From an uncultured Helicobacter sp. (GTDB lineage: Bacteria > Campylobacterota > Campylobacteria > Campylobacterales > UBA6016), in assembly GCA_964630205.1 (NCBI GenBank), contig CAZVTM010000005.1, positions 15,745-79,744 on the forward strand: a stretch of DNA of 64,000 bases. The letters are read 5' to 3'. A program made the translations under genes and the position numbers. Under the pieces are notes generated by a model that ran no database searches, had not been told where the DNA came from, and was given only the letters and a program-made list of their open reading frames with translations. Shown here one piece after another: positions 1 to 10,709 of this stretch (its first letter is position 1; each line of letters starts with the position of its first letter).

Positions 1-1288
1 CGAGTTTTTTGTGGTGTGTCGTAACAACTATATAAAACCCTCTAGCTATCAGCTCTTCAATGACCACCTTAAACAGCGCCGCAGCCTCGTCACTATCGGT
101 ACCCAGCTCTATCTCGTCAACTCCAACGATGCCGGGCTTTGCATTTATAATCTGGCTAAACGCCCTTATCCTGCCGCTGAAGGTAGATATATTATTTTGG
201 ACGCTTTGCGGGTCGTCAAGTATCAGATTTATCGACGACAGAGACGGTACGGAGGATTTGGCGGCATTGATGTGCATAGGTATTAGGTATTTAGCTAAAA
301 AGCAAGCCGAAAGAATGGATTTTAAAAGCATCGTCTTGCCGCCGGCATTTACACCGGTCACGATAAGCGCTTTTTTATCAAGGGCGATACTAAAAGATTT
401 TGCCTTTTGCTTCTCCAGGGCAGGATGATAAAAATCTTTGAGAAATATCTTTTGTCCGCCTACACTCTCCAAAAACTCATAATCACCCATTCTGGCAAAA
501 GCAACCCTTGCCTGATAGTGGTCAAATCTATCGAATTGCTTATTAACATATTTCAAAAACGGCAATAGCTCTTCAAGTATTTTTGAGAGTTCTTTGCAAA
601 GCTCGTATTCTAGCTCTTCAAAATGCGATATCCGTTTCTCAAGCTCATCTTTTAGCGAATCGACCGATGACGGCAGCACATAGAAAAATCCGGCAGCGCT
701 TCTAGATATTATCTTACCGCGAAGAACGGCGTTAAACCCACCCCTAAGAAGTAATAATTCGTCTTTTCCGAGGTAGTGAAGTTGTCTATCCACCAAGTAT
801 GGCGCAAGCTTCTCGCTGTGTAGATATTTTGAAAGTTCTCTGGTTATATTTTTTTTGGCGTTTTCAACACTCGTTTTTGCATTTTGAAGCTCGGGGCGAC
901 TCTCATGGCAAAAACCGCCGTCTTCTTCAAAAAAATCACAAAATTGAGCTGCTTTTTTTGATATATCTATACTTGAAAGCCACTCTGCCAGCACACCTTC
1001 AAATTTATATTTTTTGAGGCGGATAAAATACGATATCATAGTAGCAAAAGCGCTCAACGACTCCTTTGTAAGAACGCCTGATTTTTGTAGTCTTGCAAGC
1101 TCATCGTCCAAATTTTTAATCGGCTTTGGAGAATCAAATTGATATTTTGAAAGTTCTTTGATAAAACGAAGATGTAAAGAGCGGTCGCCATCCATAAAAA
1201 ATGGCTTCTCTCTTGCAAAAAAGGAGGAAAAAGAGCCCAAAAAAGACTCTAAGTCAAGCTTTCCTATAAGCTCATTGTTATCGGCCAA
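1..1288 (-). CDS. mutS2: MutS2 endonuclease, 5' part (runs off the window start; missed by ORF track)
   Basis: Manual translation from TTG at 1288 (LADNNELIGKLDLESF...) is open to base 1. It contains Walker A TGVNAGGKTMLLKS, Walker B VGVDEIELGTDSDEAAALF and VVTTHH. Confidence 0.93.
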   Translation of the reverse strand, partial: MADNNELIGKLDLESFLGSFSSFFAREKPFFMDGDRSLHLRFIKELSKYQFDSPKPIKNLDDELARLQKSGVLTKESLSAFATMISYFIRLKKYKFEGVLAEWLSSIDISKKAAQFCDFFEEDGGFCHESRPELQNAKTSVENAKKNITRELSKYLHSEKLAPYLVDRQLHYLGKDELLLLRGGFNAVLRGKIISRSAAGFFYVLPSSVDSLKDELEKRISHFEELEYELCKELSKILEELLPFLKYVNKQFDRFDHYQARVAFARMGDYEFLESVGGQKIFLKDFYHPALEKQKAKSFSIALDKKALIVTGVNAGGKTMLLKSILSACFLAKYLIPMHINAAKSSVPSLSSINLILDDPQSVQNNISTFSGRIRAFSQIINAKPGIVGVDEIELGTDSDEAAALFKVVIEELIARGFYIVVTTHHKKL

Positions 1289-1292
1289 GATT

Positions 1293-1667
1293 TTAGTTGC
1301 TTATGCCTAAAACAGCTTCTAGTTTTTCTTTTAGAATCTGAGGCGTAAAAGGCTTTACGATATAGTTGTTAACACCGGCTTTAAGAGCGGTAATAACTTC
1401 AATTTTACCACCTTCGGTGGTTACCATGATAATAGGCACATCGGCGTATTTCTGTTCGGCTCTCACTTTTTTTACAAGCTCTAGACCATTCATATTAGGC
1501 ATATTCCAGTCTGTAATCAATACGCCAATATCTGCGTTTTGCGTCATAGTCTCCCATGCGAGAGCGCCATCTTCAGCTTCAAGAAGATCTTTATACCCCA
1601 AGTGGTTAAGTGTATTTTTTATAATTCTTCTCATTGTCGAACTATCGTCTACCACAAGTATTTTCAT
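1293..1667 (-). CDS. cheY: Chemotaxis response regulator CheY
   Basis: Stand-alone receiver: MKILVVDDSSTMRRII, LITDWNMPNMNG, MVTTEGGK, YIVKPFTP. Start moved to ATG 1667. Confidence 0.95.
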   Translation of the reverse strand: MKILVVDDSSTMRRIIKNTLNHLGYKDLLEAEDGALAWETMTQNADIGVLITDWNMPNMNGLELVKKVRAEQKYADVPIIMVTTEGGKIEVITALKAGVNNYIVKPFTPQILKEKLEAVLGISN

Positions 1668-1879
1668 TATTTTGAACCCTTTTTTGGTTTTATATTTATA
1701 TTCGCACAATCGGCATGATCGACGATTGCTTTAGTATAACCTATCGTTTCACCGACCTCTATACCTTTTTGAAAGACCTCTTCAAGTATAGACTGAATTC
1801 TAAATGAAGCATTAGATATGACTGTTTCATCCATATCTTCTCTTGCTTGCTTAATAAGGGTTTTCTCTTGCTTATTCAT
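1667..1879 (-). CDS. Hypothetical 70-aa protein with GxxxGxxxG run, coupled to cheY
   Basis: ATG preceded by GGAG. Its TAA overlaps the cheY ATG (TAATG). Confidence 0.65.
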   Translation of the reverse strand: MNKQEKTLIKQAREDMDETVISNASFRIQSILEEVFQKGIEVGETIGYTKAIVDHADCANINIKPKKGSK

Positions 1880-2031
1880 TCAGCTGCGCTCCAAAAGAGT
1901 ATAATTTTATGCATAAAAACTGTCGGCATTATATATCAATTTTGCTAAATAAAACGCCTATCTCCAGCCGCATTAAAAAATTTCATAAATGTTACAATAA
2001 ATAATAAAAAAACTCAAGCAGGAATTGCATT

Positions 2032-2436
2032 ATGATACCGAAAATAGCGGTTGCTACACTTTTTTTTACACTCTCTTTATTTGCAGAGATTAAATTCAAA
2101 AAATACGATGAGGCGATGCAAGAAGCCGCAAAAACAAACAAAATAGTTGTTGCCACGGTAGTATCAAGCACTTGTCCTTGGTGCCGTAAATTCGAAGCCG
2201 AAACATTAAAAAGCAAAGTTATAGAAACAGCGATAAACAAAGACTTTATTTATGTAATTTTAAATAGGGACACGGACACTATGCCGCAGCCTTTGAGCCA
2301 TAGGATGATGGTGCCTAGTACTTTTTTCCTAGATAAAAAAGGAAACATAGTCAGCCAAACGGCCGTAGGTTTCAAGTATCCAAACGAATTTATGAATTAT
2401 CTAACAGAAGCGCTCAAAAAAGCAAAAAAACTATAA
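2032..2436 (+). CDS. Exported thioredoxin-fold protein (SoxW/DsbD-gamma-like)
   Basis: Signal peptide, CPWC motif, cis-Pro loop (MVPSTFFLD). Confidence 0.8.
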   Translation: MIPKIAVATLFFTLSLFAEIKFKKYDEAMQEAAKTNKIVVATVVSSTCPWCRKFEAETLKSKVIETAINKDFIYVILNRDTDTMPQPLSHRMMVPSTFFLDKKGNIVSQTAVGFKYPNEFMNYLTEALKKAKKL

Positions 2437-3378
2437 AAATTTCCTTTTTTTGAGCCAGTAATATATAGCGACGCCGGTTGCTATCGTAAGCACTAATACA
2501 ACATGATAGCCGTGCTGTGTTTTTAATTCTGGCATATTGTCAAAATTCATACTAAATATTGAAGTAAAGAATGTAAGAGGTATGAATATAAGCGATATTC
2601 CTGCTAGTTTTTGCATAGCTTCGTTTGCTTTATTATCCGTAAGTCCAAGCTGAAGGTTCAAAAGGCTGACCGTCTTGTCCTGTAGAGATTTACACTCCGC
2701 GACAAGGCTCTGCTTGTGCTCCTTTAGATCCAAAAACTCAAATCTAAATTTCTTTTTAATAGATGTGGTAATGCTCGTAAAAAAGCGACTAAGGGCAACG
2801 GATTCATTGACAAAAATATGCGACAATCTATTTAGTGAACGTCTAGCATAGTATAGATTTTTCAGTGTCTCTTGTCTCTCGACGCTTTCTGAAAGAATAT
2901 TCTCCTCAAGCTCCTCAAGAATTGAGTTCGCGCTATCGAGGGCTTGTATCTGCTGGTCTGTCAAAATATCTAGAAAAGTGTACATTTCAAAATATAGATT
3001 TGTTTTTTTACCCCGCATCCGCTTGTCAAACTTCATCTCTATATCAAAAGCGGTCATTTCGTCTTTGCATACTATGGCAAGCTTATTGCCTAGATTAATC
3101 AAAGCCACATTCTCTTCGTAAAAATCTATGAACTCGTCTCTTTCAAGTTTTAGATACTTGAGAATAAGTACCGTTCCCTCGCTGAAGTCTTCAAAAGATG
3201 GTGTTTGCTCAAACGAGGCAATGTCCTCAAAAAACGGCTCAGGCAACTCCTCTGCTTTTAGCCAGTTAACAAGGAGCGGTTTGTTCAGGGTGGATATAAA
3301 TACCTGATGGGCATCCTCTTTAATCTCATTTTCATCGAGCTTTACGAGTGAGCCGTTTATCTCTTCATAAGTTATCAA
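2431..3378 (-). CDS. corA: CorA-family Mg2+/Co2+ transporter
   Basis: C-terminal TM pair with FIPLTFFTSIFSMNFDNMPEL (SMN variant of the GMN motif). Confidence 0.85.
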   Translation of the reverse strand: MITYEEINGSLVKLDENEIKEDAHQVFISTLNKPLLVNWLKAEELPEPFFEDIASFEQTPSFEDFSEGTVLILKYLKLERDEFIDFYEENVALINLGNKLAIVCKDEMTAFDIEMKFDKRMRGKKTNLYFEMYTFLDILTDQQIQALDSANSILEELEENILSESVERQETLKNLYYARRSLNRLSHIFVNESVALSRFFTSITTSIKKKFRFEFLDLKEHKQSLVAECKSLQDKTVSLLNLQLGLTDNKANEAMQKLAGISLIFIPLTFFTSIFSMNFDNMPELKTQHGYHVVLVLTIATGVAIYYWLKKRKFL

Positions 3379-3399
3379 ACCAAACCTCCGCCCAAAACC

Positions 3400-5499
3400 C
3401 TAATTATGCTCTACCCTATTTCTACCGTTTCTTTTTGCGGCGTATAGCGCCTCATCGGCTCTTTTAACAAACGTATCTATGGAGTCGTTATCCCTAAAAC
3501 AGGCTACACCAAAACTACCGGTTACGCTTTGCGGCTCTATAAAATCATATCCGGCAAGAGCCGATCTAATAATCTCTGCCCTGGCTACGGCAACGTCCAT
3601 ATCGGCGCCCGGCAATAAAAGCATAAACTCCTCGCCACCCCATCTGGCAAAAATATCGTTGCTTCTAATTTTAGATTTTATGATCTCAACCGTAGTTATA
3701 AGTACATAATCTCCTGCCTGATGCCCATATGTATCGTTTATTTTTTTGAAAAAATCTATATCTATCGCAACAAGAGAGAGCGGTTTCTTTGACTTTCTAG
3801 CCCTTGCTATCTCAGCTTCCATCATATTGCCAAACTTCATTCTGTTATATATTTTTGTCAAAGGATCGGTTGTGGCCAAAATCTCTAGATTTTTATTCTC
3901 TTTTTCTATATTTGTGATATCGAGGAACGAAATAAGATATGACTCGTTGTTCTTGAACTTCTCAACTTTTAGCAAAAAGCTTTTAGGCTCTTCGGTGCTT
4001 CTATTTTTTTGCATCATCACTTTAAAGTCTCTGTCATAAGAGGAGGTGAGCAGCTTAAACCACAGTCCATTCTTTTTGTTTGAGAGATACCCCTCTTTTT
4101 TTACAAATAAATCAGCTATAGATTTGTATTTTGAATGAAACTCCGCAATAGTCCTTACATCATAATACTCAAGAAAGCTCTTATTGGCTTCAATGATATT
4201 ATTTCCGTCCTCCGTAATCACAAGCATCGACTCTTGCATATCGAGTATCGTTTGGAGGTAGTTATGTTGCTGTTTGATAGCGTCTTCAAGGTTTTTTTGC
4301 TCGGTGCTATCCCTAGATATCCCGATAAGCCCAATAACGGTTCCGTCTTTGTCTCTAATCGGAGCTTTTTTGACGCTTAGGTATACCGCTTTTTTGTCGC
4401 TGTACCTAGCCCAGTAGCTATTTATGATGGTTTTGCCTTTTTCAAGCACATCCCTATCTGTATCCCTAAAAAGATTTGAATAATAATCATCAAACAAATC
4501 AAAATCGGTCTTTCCGCTTATCTCGTCTTTCTCTTTTCCGGCAAACTCCGCAAACGCCTTATTGCAGCCTATATATTTATAGTCAAGGTCTTTATAAAAT
4601 ATAAAGTCGTCGGTAGCGTCTATGAAGTCGTTAAGAAGTCTAGTTGTCCTTTCCGACTCTTCGGTTTTAACGGCGAGCGTCTTTGAGAGACGTTGAAGCT
4701 GACTCTCTTTTTCTCTCACTATTTGCGACCATTTGTTGTAGACAATGTCCATTATCTCTTCACGGGTGATAATCCCCATTAGCTCACCGCTTTTTTCAAG
4801 GACAATAAGTCGCTTGAATCTTTTTTTACCCATAAGCTCCAAGGCTTCTTTTACCGTTGTCTCTTCATTGACTGTAAAGAGCGGGGTCTGCATAAACCCG
4901 GCTACCTCTTGCGACATATCCGTGTTTTTGATAATCAGCTTTACAATATCTCTTTTTGTGATTATGCCTATCGGCACACGGTGATCGTCTATGATTACGA
5001 CGGCCTCAGTAGGGGTTGCATTGACCCTATGAAAAACGGTTGTAAGACTATCGGCAGTTTTTGCGGTTTTTGCTTCTGTTTTGCCTATTATATGCCCGAG
5101 CTTAATCTCATTCACAACAAGCTCGGTATCTATTGCGGATATAATATTTGACATCGACACAACGCCGAGAAGATTTTTGGCATCATCTACAACGCACAGG
5201 TAATTAACATCCTCTCTAATCAAAAAAGACGCTTCCAAAGCGCTACTGTCTTGGCTTATTTGCTTAACGGTTTTAAATTCGACGGACTCGACCAAATCCG
5301 TAAAGGATATTCCCCGCAACAAGAAATCGGTTATATCGGTTACGGTAATAATTCCGTATTCCTTGATCCCGTCGTCAACAACAAGCACGTTTCTCAAATT
5401 GTTTTGAATCATCAGTTCCGCCGCTTTCATAAGCGTGTCTTTTCTACTGACCGAAGTTATTTGCTTTGTAGCAATATCCAAAACATTTTTGAATTCCAT
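3400..5499 (-). CDS. Diguanylate cyclase with 4 CBS domains, PAS domains and GGDEF domain
   Basis: CBS repeats at the N-terminus, PAS (GCNKAFAEFAG...GKTDFDLF), TDPLTKIYNR, DIDFFKKINDTYGH, RSND I-site, RWGGEEF. Start taken at MEFKNVLD. Confidence 0.9.
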   Translation of the reverse strand: MEFKNVLDIATKQITSVSRKDTLMKAAELMIQNNLRNVLVVDDGIKEYGIITVTDITDFLLRGISFTDLVESVEFKTVKQISQDSSALEASFLIREDVNYLCVVDDAKNLLGVVSMSNIISAIDTELVVNEIKLGHIIGKTEAKTAKTADSLTTVFHRVNATPTEAVVIIDDHRVPIGIITKRDIVKLIIKNTDMSQEVAGFMQTPLFTVNEETTVKEALELMGKKRFKRLIVLEKSGELMGIITREEIMDIVYNKWSQIVREKESQLQRLSKTLAVKTEESERTTRLLNDFIDATDDFIFYKDLDYKYIGCNKAFAEFAGKEKDEISGKTDFDLFDDYYSNLFRDTDRDVLEKGKTIINSYWARYSDKKAVYLSVKKAPIRDKDGTVIGLIGISRDSTEQKNLEDAIKQQHNYLQTILDMQESMLVITEDGNNIIEANKSFLEYYDVRTIAEFHSKYKSIADLFVKKEGYLSNKKNGLWFKLLTSSYDRDFKVMMQKNRSTEEPKSFLLKVEKFKNNESYLISFLDITNIEKENKNLEILATTDPLTKIYNRMKFGNMMEAEIARARKSKKPLSLVAIDIDFFKKINDTYGHQAGDYVLITTVEIIKSKIRSNDIFARWGGEEFMLLLPGADMDVAVARAEIIRSALAGYDFIEPQSVTGSFGVACFRDNDSIDTFVKRADEALYAAKRNGRNRVEHN

Positions 5500-5604
5500 A
5501 TACTTTGCGCCTCTCGTAGCTTGCAATTTTGTAAAAATATAGGCAAGCCCAAATTGCACCGATTATACCACTATTTTTTTAAACATTTTAAAAGCGTTGC
5601 ACTT

Positions 5605-5613
5605 TGCTATAAT
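5605..5613 (+). promoter_or_regulatory. Extended -10 promoter for coaE-dapF
   Basis: TGCTATAAT about 30 nt upstream of the coaE ATG. Confidence 0.55.
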
Positions 5614-5642
5614 TTTGCAAGACCAATATAAACGGAATAAGA

Positions 5643-6269
5643 ATGAAGCTGACAAATTGCATTGTCATAACTGGCTCAATAGGGTGCGGCAAGAGTACTG
5701 TCTGTTCGATGCTTGCTTCAAGGGGATACAAAATAATAGACGCAGACGCCATAGGCAAAGAAATCGCGAATTCAAACTTACCGCTAATAGCCGAAGCATT
5801 CGGGGGCGATTATGTAAATGAGGGCGTATTAAATAGAGAAAAACTTGGAAAGCTTATCTTTTCGGACGAAACAGCTAAGATAAAATTAGAATCGATAATG
5901 CACCCTCTAATCAAAGAAAAAATACTGCAAGAAGCTCAAAAACTAGAAAAAGATAATAAAATATACTTTATAGATATTCCGTTATTTTTTGAGAGCAAAA
6001 ATTATATGGAGCTACCTTTGGTTGCCGTAGTTTATACGCCAAGAGAGTCCCAAATAAAGAGAATATCATTGCGAAACAACCTAGCCGAACAGGATGTTTT
6101 GGCAAGAATAAATTCACAGATAGATATAGAAGAAAAAATAAAAATGGCCGACTTTATCATAGATAATTCGGGCGACATATCGGGGCTATCCGATAAAGTA
6201 GATAATTTTTTAAAAGAGGTAGAGAGTTGGTTTTGCAAAAATACTGCGCAAGCGGAAACGATTTTTTAA
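5643..6269 (+). CDS. coaE: Dephospho-CoA kinase
   Basis: ITGSIGCGKSTV, IIDADAIG, DIPLFFE. Confidence 0.93.
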   Translation: MKLTNCIVITGSIGCGKSTVCSMLASRGYKIIDADAIGKEIANSNLPLIAEAFGGDYVNEGVLNREKLGKLIFSDETAKIKLESIMHPLIKEKILQEAQKLEKDNKIYFIDIPLFFESKNYMELPLVAVVYTPRESQIKRISLRNNLAEQDVLARINSQIDIEEKIKMADFIIDNSGDISGLSDKVDNFLKEVESWFCKNTAQAETIF

Positions 6270-6961
6270 TATTTCACACATTCAAAAAAGAGGATAGAGC
6301 TTCGTTCGCAAAGGATGTATGCGACAGGCATTACGGCTTTGGCGCCGACGGTTTGATAGCTCTAGTGCCGCATGACAAACTGGATTTTGAGTGGCAATTC
6401 TATAACTCTGACGGCTCAGAGGCTTCAATGTGCGGTAACGGCACAAGAGCAGCGGCTCTTTACGCATATGATAATAAATTAGCCGGAAATACTCAAAGCT
6501 TTCTGACCGGAGCGGGAGTTATCAAGACTGCCGTCTTTGAACCAAACATAGTGGAGACAGAACTTACGGAACCGAAAATAATCATGGAAAAATTCAAAGA
6601 AAACGGTTTCGAGTGGTTGCTTATAGACACAGGCGTCCCTCACCTTGTAGCAGAATGCGGCAAAGGTTTTTTTGACAAAGAGATGGCAAGAGAGATGAGG
6701 CACAAATATAATGCCAATGTCAACTTTTATCATTACGAAGATGAGCGGCTATATGTTCGTACATTTGAGCGTGGAGTAGAGGATGAGACTCTCGCATGCG
6801 GCACCGGAATGGCGGCTTGCGCATATAGCGTAGCGCAAATATCGGACTCGGAAAAGTTTTTAGTGCTTCCAAAAAGCAACGAAAATATCACGATTAAGGT
6901 TAAAAAAAATCAAATTCTATTCAAGGGCGAGGTTAAAAGGGTTGGGAGCTGTTTAGTTTAA
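6227..6961 (+). CDS. dapF: Diaminopimelate epimerase
   Basis: KYCASGNDF, NSDGSEASMCGNG, DTGVPH, RTFERGVEDETLACGTG. TTG start. Confidence 0.95.
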   Translation: MVLQKYCASGNDFLIFHTFKKEDRASFAKDVCDRHYGFGADGLIALVPHDKLDFEWQFYNSDGSEASMCGNGTRAAALYAYDNKLAGNTQSFLTGAGVIKTAVFEPNIVETELTEPKIIMEKFKENGFEWLLIDTGVPHLVAECGKGFFDKEMAREMRHKYNANVNFYHYEDERLYVRTFERGVEDETLACGTGMAACAYSVAQISDSEKFLVLPKSNENITIKVKKNQILFKGEVKRVGSCLV

Positions 6962-7022
6962 CTTTTGAATTTTTGGTAAAATCATAACTTCAATTTCAAA
7001 TAAAAAACTAAAAGGAGGAGTT

Positions 7023-7790
7023 ATGCTGCCAAGATTTCTTACAGTGTATGTCTCACTTTTGTTTGCAGCATTTGCATACGATAATACAAAAAACCAAAGC
7101 GGAACACCTTGGAACAAAATACTAGAGGAAAGTCCGGATAGAAAACAGACATTTGTAAATATGTTGCTTCCATACATCAACGAACAAAACCAAAAAATAC
7201 TCATGGATAGAGATTTCGTGGAGCGTTTTTTTGCTAAATACCCAAATACGCAAAGCGAAGCCAGAATATCCGCCGATGAATACGCAAAACTTTTGGATAT
7301 CGCAAAAACATACAAGGTCGGATATATTTTTGATAAAAAAGAGTATTTCGACAAGATAGACATTATCCCGGCTTCTCTTGTTCTATCTCAAGCGGCGCTT
7401 GAGAGCGGATGGGGCAGCAGCAGAGTATCACTTGCCTCGAACAACCTGTTTGGACAAAAAAGCTTCGGCTCAAAAAACTATGTAAAAGCAACCGGCAATA
7501 CAAGCGTGAAGTATGCGGCATTTGATAACATAGGCGATGCCGTAAAATCATATATGACAAATCTCAATTCGCATGAAGCATATAAAGAGTTTCGCAAAAA
7601 AAGAGCCGACACAAAGAGGAAAAATCTGGAGTTTACCGGACTAAAAGCAGCCAATACACTGATTAACTATTCAGAAGTTAGTAACTACACCGCAATGCTA
7701 TCGCAAATGATTAAATCTTATTTTAGCGCTTATGACGGAGCAAAAAACATAATATCAAGCGGCGCGCTAAAGGCCGGCTTTATTCACTAA
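7023..7790 (+). CDS. Exported glucosaminidase-domain protein (Bax/FlgJ-like peptidoglycan hydrolase)
   Basis: Signal peptide; SLVLSQAALESGWGSS, NNLFGQK, YMTNLNSHEAY. Confidence 0.85.
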   Translation: MLPRFLTVYVSLLFAAFAYDNTKNQSGTPWNKILEESPDRKQTFVNMLLPYINEQNQKILMDRDFVERFFAKYPNTQSEARISADEYAKLLDIAKTYKVGYIFDKKEYFDKIDIIPASLVLSQAALESGWGSSRVSLASNNLFGQKSFGSKNYVKATGNTSVKYAAFDNIGDAVKSYMTNLNSHEAYKEFRKKRADTKRKNLEFTGLKAANTLINYSEVSNYTAMLSQMIKSYFSAYDGAKNIISSGALKAGFIH

Positions 7791-7808
7791 AAAATGCGTG
7801 AGGCTTTT

Positions 7809-8876
7809 TTAAGCCTCCGCTTCTTTCAATTTCTTAGCCTCAAAATACATACTACACGGCTCTATTATCTCATCAAAAAGCCCGCCCTGCATAATTGCGT
7901 CAAGCCTATAAAGAGTTAACCCTATTCTGTGGTCGGTAATCCTGTTTTGCGGATAGTTGTAGGTTCTTATCCTCTCACTTCTATCGCCGCTTCCAACTTG
8001 CGATTTTCTAGATTCTCCAGTGGCGGCAAGCTGTTCTTCCATCTTTATCTCATAGAGTCTTGATTTTAGGATTTTTATCGCTTTGTCTTTATTTTTGTGT
8101 TGCGACTTTTCATCCTGTATCGCAACAGAAAGACCGGTTGGGATATGCGTCACACGCACCGCAGAGTCTGTCGTATTGACGGACTGTCCGCCGTTGCCGC
8201 CGGAGCGATATACATCTATTCTAAGTTCGCTCTCTTTTAGCTCTATCTCAACATCGTCAACCTCGGGGATAACCGCAACAGTAACCGCCGATGTATGAAG
8301 CCTCCCTTGCGTCTCTGTTGCTGGAACTCTTTGTACCCTGTGAACTCCGCCCTCATATTTGAGTCTTGAATAAACCCTATCGCCCTTGATAAGTATAGTA
8401 ATATCCCTATACCCGCCTAGGTCGTTTTCAGCAAGGGATACCACCTCAACCTTCCATCCTCTAAGTTCGGCATATCTCATATATGTTTTGCAAATATCTG
8501 CCGCAAATAGTGCAGCCTCATCGCCACCTGTTCCGGCTCTTATTTCAAGATACGTATTTCTCTCGTCATTTGGATCTTTTGGCACCAAGAGCAGCTTGAT
8601 TTTATCTTCCAAAATAAGTTTTCTCTCTTCAAGCTCTTTTATCTCCGCCTTGGCAAGCTCGCCAAGTTCTGGGTCATCAGCCAGAAGCTTGTTTTCTTCC
8701 AAATCGCCCATAAGCTTTTGGTACTCTTTTGCAGATTCGACTATCTCAGACAATCCAGACTGCTCCTTTGAGAGATCCGTCATCCTTTTTATGTCAGACG
8801 TAATATCCTCGGCAGACAAAAGTCTTGTAATTTCGTCATATCTATCTATAAAAGGTTGAAGCTTGTCTTGTAGCAT
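7809..8876 (-). CDS. prfA: Peptide chain release factor 1
   Basis: GGQ motif ([11 protein letters not shown]), PAT motif (RVPATE), [11 protein letters not shown]. Confidence 0.97.
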   Translation of the reverse strand: MLQDKLQPFIDRYDEITRLLSAEDITSDIKRMTDLSKEQSGLSEIVESAKEYQKLMGDLEENKLLADDPELGELAKAEIKELEERKLILEDKIKLLLVPKDPNDERNTYLEIRAGTGGDEAALFAADICKTYMRYAELRGWKVEVVSLAENDLGGYRDITILIKGDRVYSRLKYEGGVHRVQRVPATETQGRLHTSAVTVAVIPEVDDVEIELKESELRIDVYRSGGNGGQSVNTTDSAVRVTHIPTGLSVAIQDEKSQHKNKDKAIKILKSRLYEIKMEEQLAATGESRKSQVGSGDRSERIRTYNYPQNRITDHRIGLTLYRLDAIMQGGLFDEIIEPCSMYFEAKKLKEAEA

Positions 8877-8903
8877 ATTTGTTCCAGGGTTTTAAACTTT
8901 GGC

Positions 8904-8928
8904 TCTCTCACCGAGATTTGGCGAGAGA
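8904..8928 (-). other. 9-bp hairpin between rpsT and prfA
   Basis: Minus strand TCTCTCGCC-AAATCTC-GGTGAGAGA. No U-tract directly after, so possibly a stability or processing element. Confidence 0.45.
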
Positions 8929-8957
8929 ATTTGAGAAAGGTTTGTGCGGTAGTTTGT

Positions 8958-9227
8958 TTAGGCGACTTTTAGTGTGTTTACAAGTTTAGCCAGTCTGCCA
9001 ACTTTTCTAGAAGCTGTATTTTTTGTCAAAAAGCCTTTTGAGACAAATTTGTGTAGTTCTTGATTTGCAACTTTTAGTGCCGCCTCAGCTGCTACGCCGT
9101 CTTTTTTTGCAACAGCCCCTCTCACCTCTTTTACTATATTTTTGAGTTTTGTTCTGTAAACTCTGTTTCTAGCTGTTCTTTTTTCTGTTTGCCTGATTCT
9201 TTTTTCGGCTGATTTATGATTTGCCAT
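8958..9227 (-). CDS. rpsT: 30S ribosomal protein S20
   Basis: [14 protein letters not shown]...[10 protein letters not shown]; start at ATG 9227 with AGGA SD. Confidence 0.97.
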   Translation of the reverse strand: MANHKSAEKRIRQTEKRTARNRVYRTKLKNIVKEVRGAVAKKDGVAAEAALKVANQELHKFVSKGFLTKNTASRKVGRLAKLVNTLKVA

Positions 9228-9368
9228 GTCTATATATTCCTTTTTTATATTTATTTGATTTTTCAAAAATAAAAATTTTCGCAATTTTACCAAAATTTTT
9301 TTTAATAACGACTTTATGCTATACTCCGCCTCCAAAAATCAAACAATAAAAAGATAAGAAGAATTAAG

Positions 9369-10709
9369 ATGAAACTATTTGGAACAGACGGAGTCAGAGG
9401 CAAAGCCGGAAAGGAACTTACCGTAAATACAGCCCTTCGGCTAGCAATGGCGGCAGGCATACACTTTAGAAAAACCTCTGTCACTAACAAAATTCTAATA
9501 GGCAAAGACACAAGAAGAAGCGGATATATGCTGGAAAATGCGATAGTTGCCGGTCTTACTGCCGTAGGCTATGACTGCGTACAGATAGGCCCTATGCCGA
9601 CACCGGCGATAGCTTTTTTAACGGAAGATATGAGATGCGACGCAGGAATAATGATAAGCGCCAGCCACAATGCATACTATGATAACGGAATAAAATTTTT
9701 TAATCACGAAGGCAATAAGCTAAACACAGACATAGAGGCGATGATAGAGGCACTTTATGCTGATAATGAAGCAATAGAGCTAGCGCAAAAAAAAGAGAGA
9801 GAGATAGGCTCTTCCAAAAGGATAGATGACGTTATCGGCAGATATATAGTCCACATCAAAAACTCTTTCCCAAAACACCTATCTTTAAAAGGAGTTAGAA
9901 TAGTTGTGGATGCGGCAAACGGAGCCGCCTACAAGGTAGCCCCTACGATACTATCTGAACTCGGCGCAGATCTAATAGTCATAAATGATGAGCCAAACGG
10001 ATTTAATATTAATGAGGAGTGCGGCGCTCTTCATCCCGCAAAGCTTTCAGAAGAGGTACTAAAGTTTAGGGCCGATATAGGATTTGCACTTGACGGCGAT
10101 GCAGACAGGCTTGTGGTAGTCGACGAAAAAGGAAATACGGTTAACGGCGATAAGCTGATAGCCGCACTCGCTTTGCATCTTGATTCACAAGGGCTTCTGA
10201 AAAAATCATCCGTAGTTGCAACAGTCATGAGCAACGGCGCCATGGAAGACTTTTTGGCATCCAAAAAAATAAAACTATTCAGGTGTAACGTCGGCGACAA
10301 ATACGTACTTGAGACAATGCAAAGAGAGGGGCTAAACTTCGGCGGGGAACAAAGCGGGCATATTATCTTCAGCGACTACGCCAAAACCGGTGACGGACTT
10401 GCGAGCGCGCTCCAAACAATAGCCTATGTGCTTTCCACCAAAAAGCCGGCAAGCGAGGCTTTAAATCTGTTTGAGCTTTATCCGCAAATTCAAGAGGCAA
10501 TAGCCGTCAAAACAAAAAAACCGCTTGACGAACTTGATGGCTTCAAAGAGAAAATAACAGACTTAGAAAACAAAAAAATAGCACATCTAATCAGATATTC
10601 CGGCACAGAAAACAAACTCAGGCTACTACTCGAAGGAAAAAGCGAAACAGCCCTCGTAAAAGAGATGGACTCTCTTGTGGAATACTTTAAAAAAGTTTTA
10701 AATGCTTAA
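9369..10709 (+). CDS. glmM: Phosphoglucosamine mutase
   Basis: [33 protein letters not shown]. Confidence 0.97.
   Translation: MKLFGTDGVRGKAGKELTVNTALRLAMAAGIHFRKTSVTNKILIGKDTRRSGYMLENAIVAGLTAVGYDCVQIGPMPTPAIAFLTEDMRCDAGIMISASHNAYYDNGIKFFNHEGNKLNTDIEAMIEALYADNEAIELAQKKEREIGSSKRIDDVIGRYIVHIKNSFPKHLSLKGVRIVVDAANGAAYKVAPTILSELGADLIVINDEPNGFNINEECGALHPAKLSEEVLKFRADIGFALDGDADRLVVVDEKGNTVNGDKLIAALALHLDSQGLLKKSSVVATVMSNGAMEDFLASKKIKLFRCNVGDKYVLETMQREGLNFGGEQSGHIIFSDYAKTGDGLASALQTIAYVLSTKKPASEALNLFELYPQIQEAIAVKTKKPLDELDGFKEKITDLENKKIAHLIRYSGTENKLRLLLEGKSETALVKEMDSLVEYFKKVLNA

Noticed and set aside
11-1017. Plus-strand ORFs 11-286, 60-428 and 799-1017, and the many other antisense ORFs in the track
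   Set aside because: Shadows of real genes on the opposite strand (here mutS2), with no SD or motif support.
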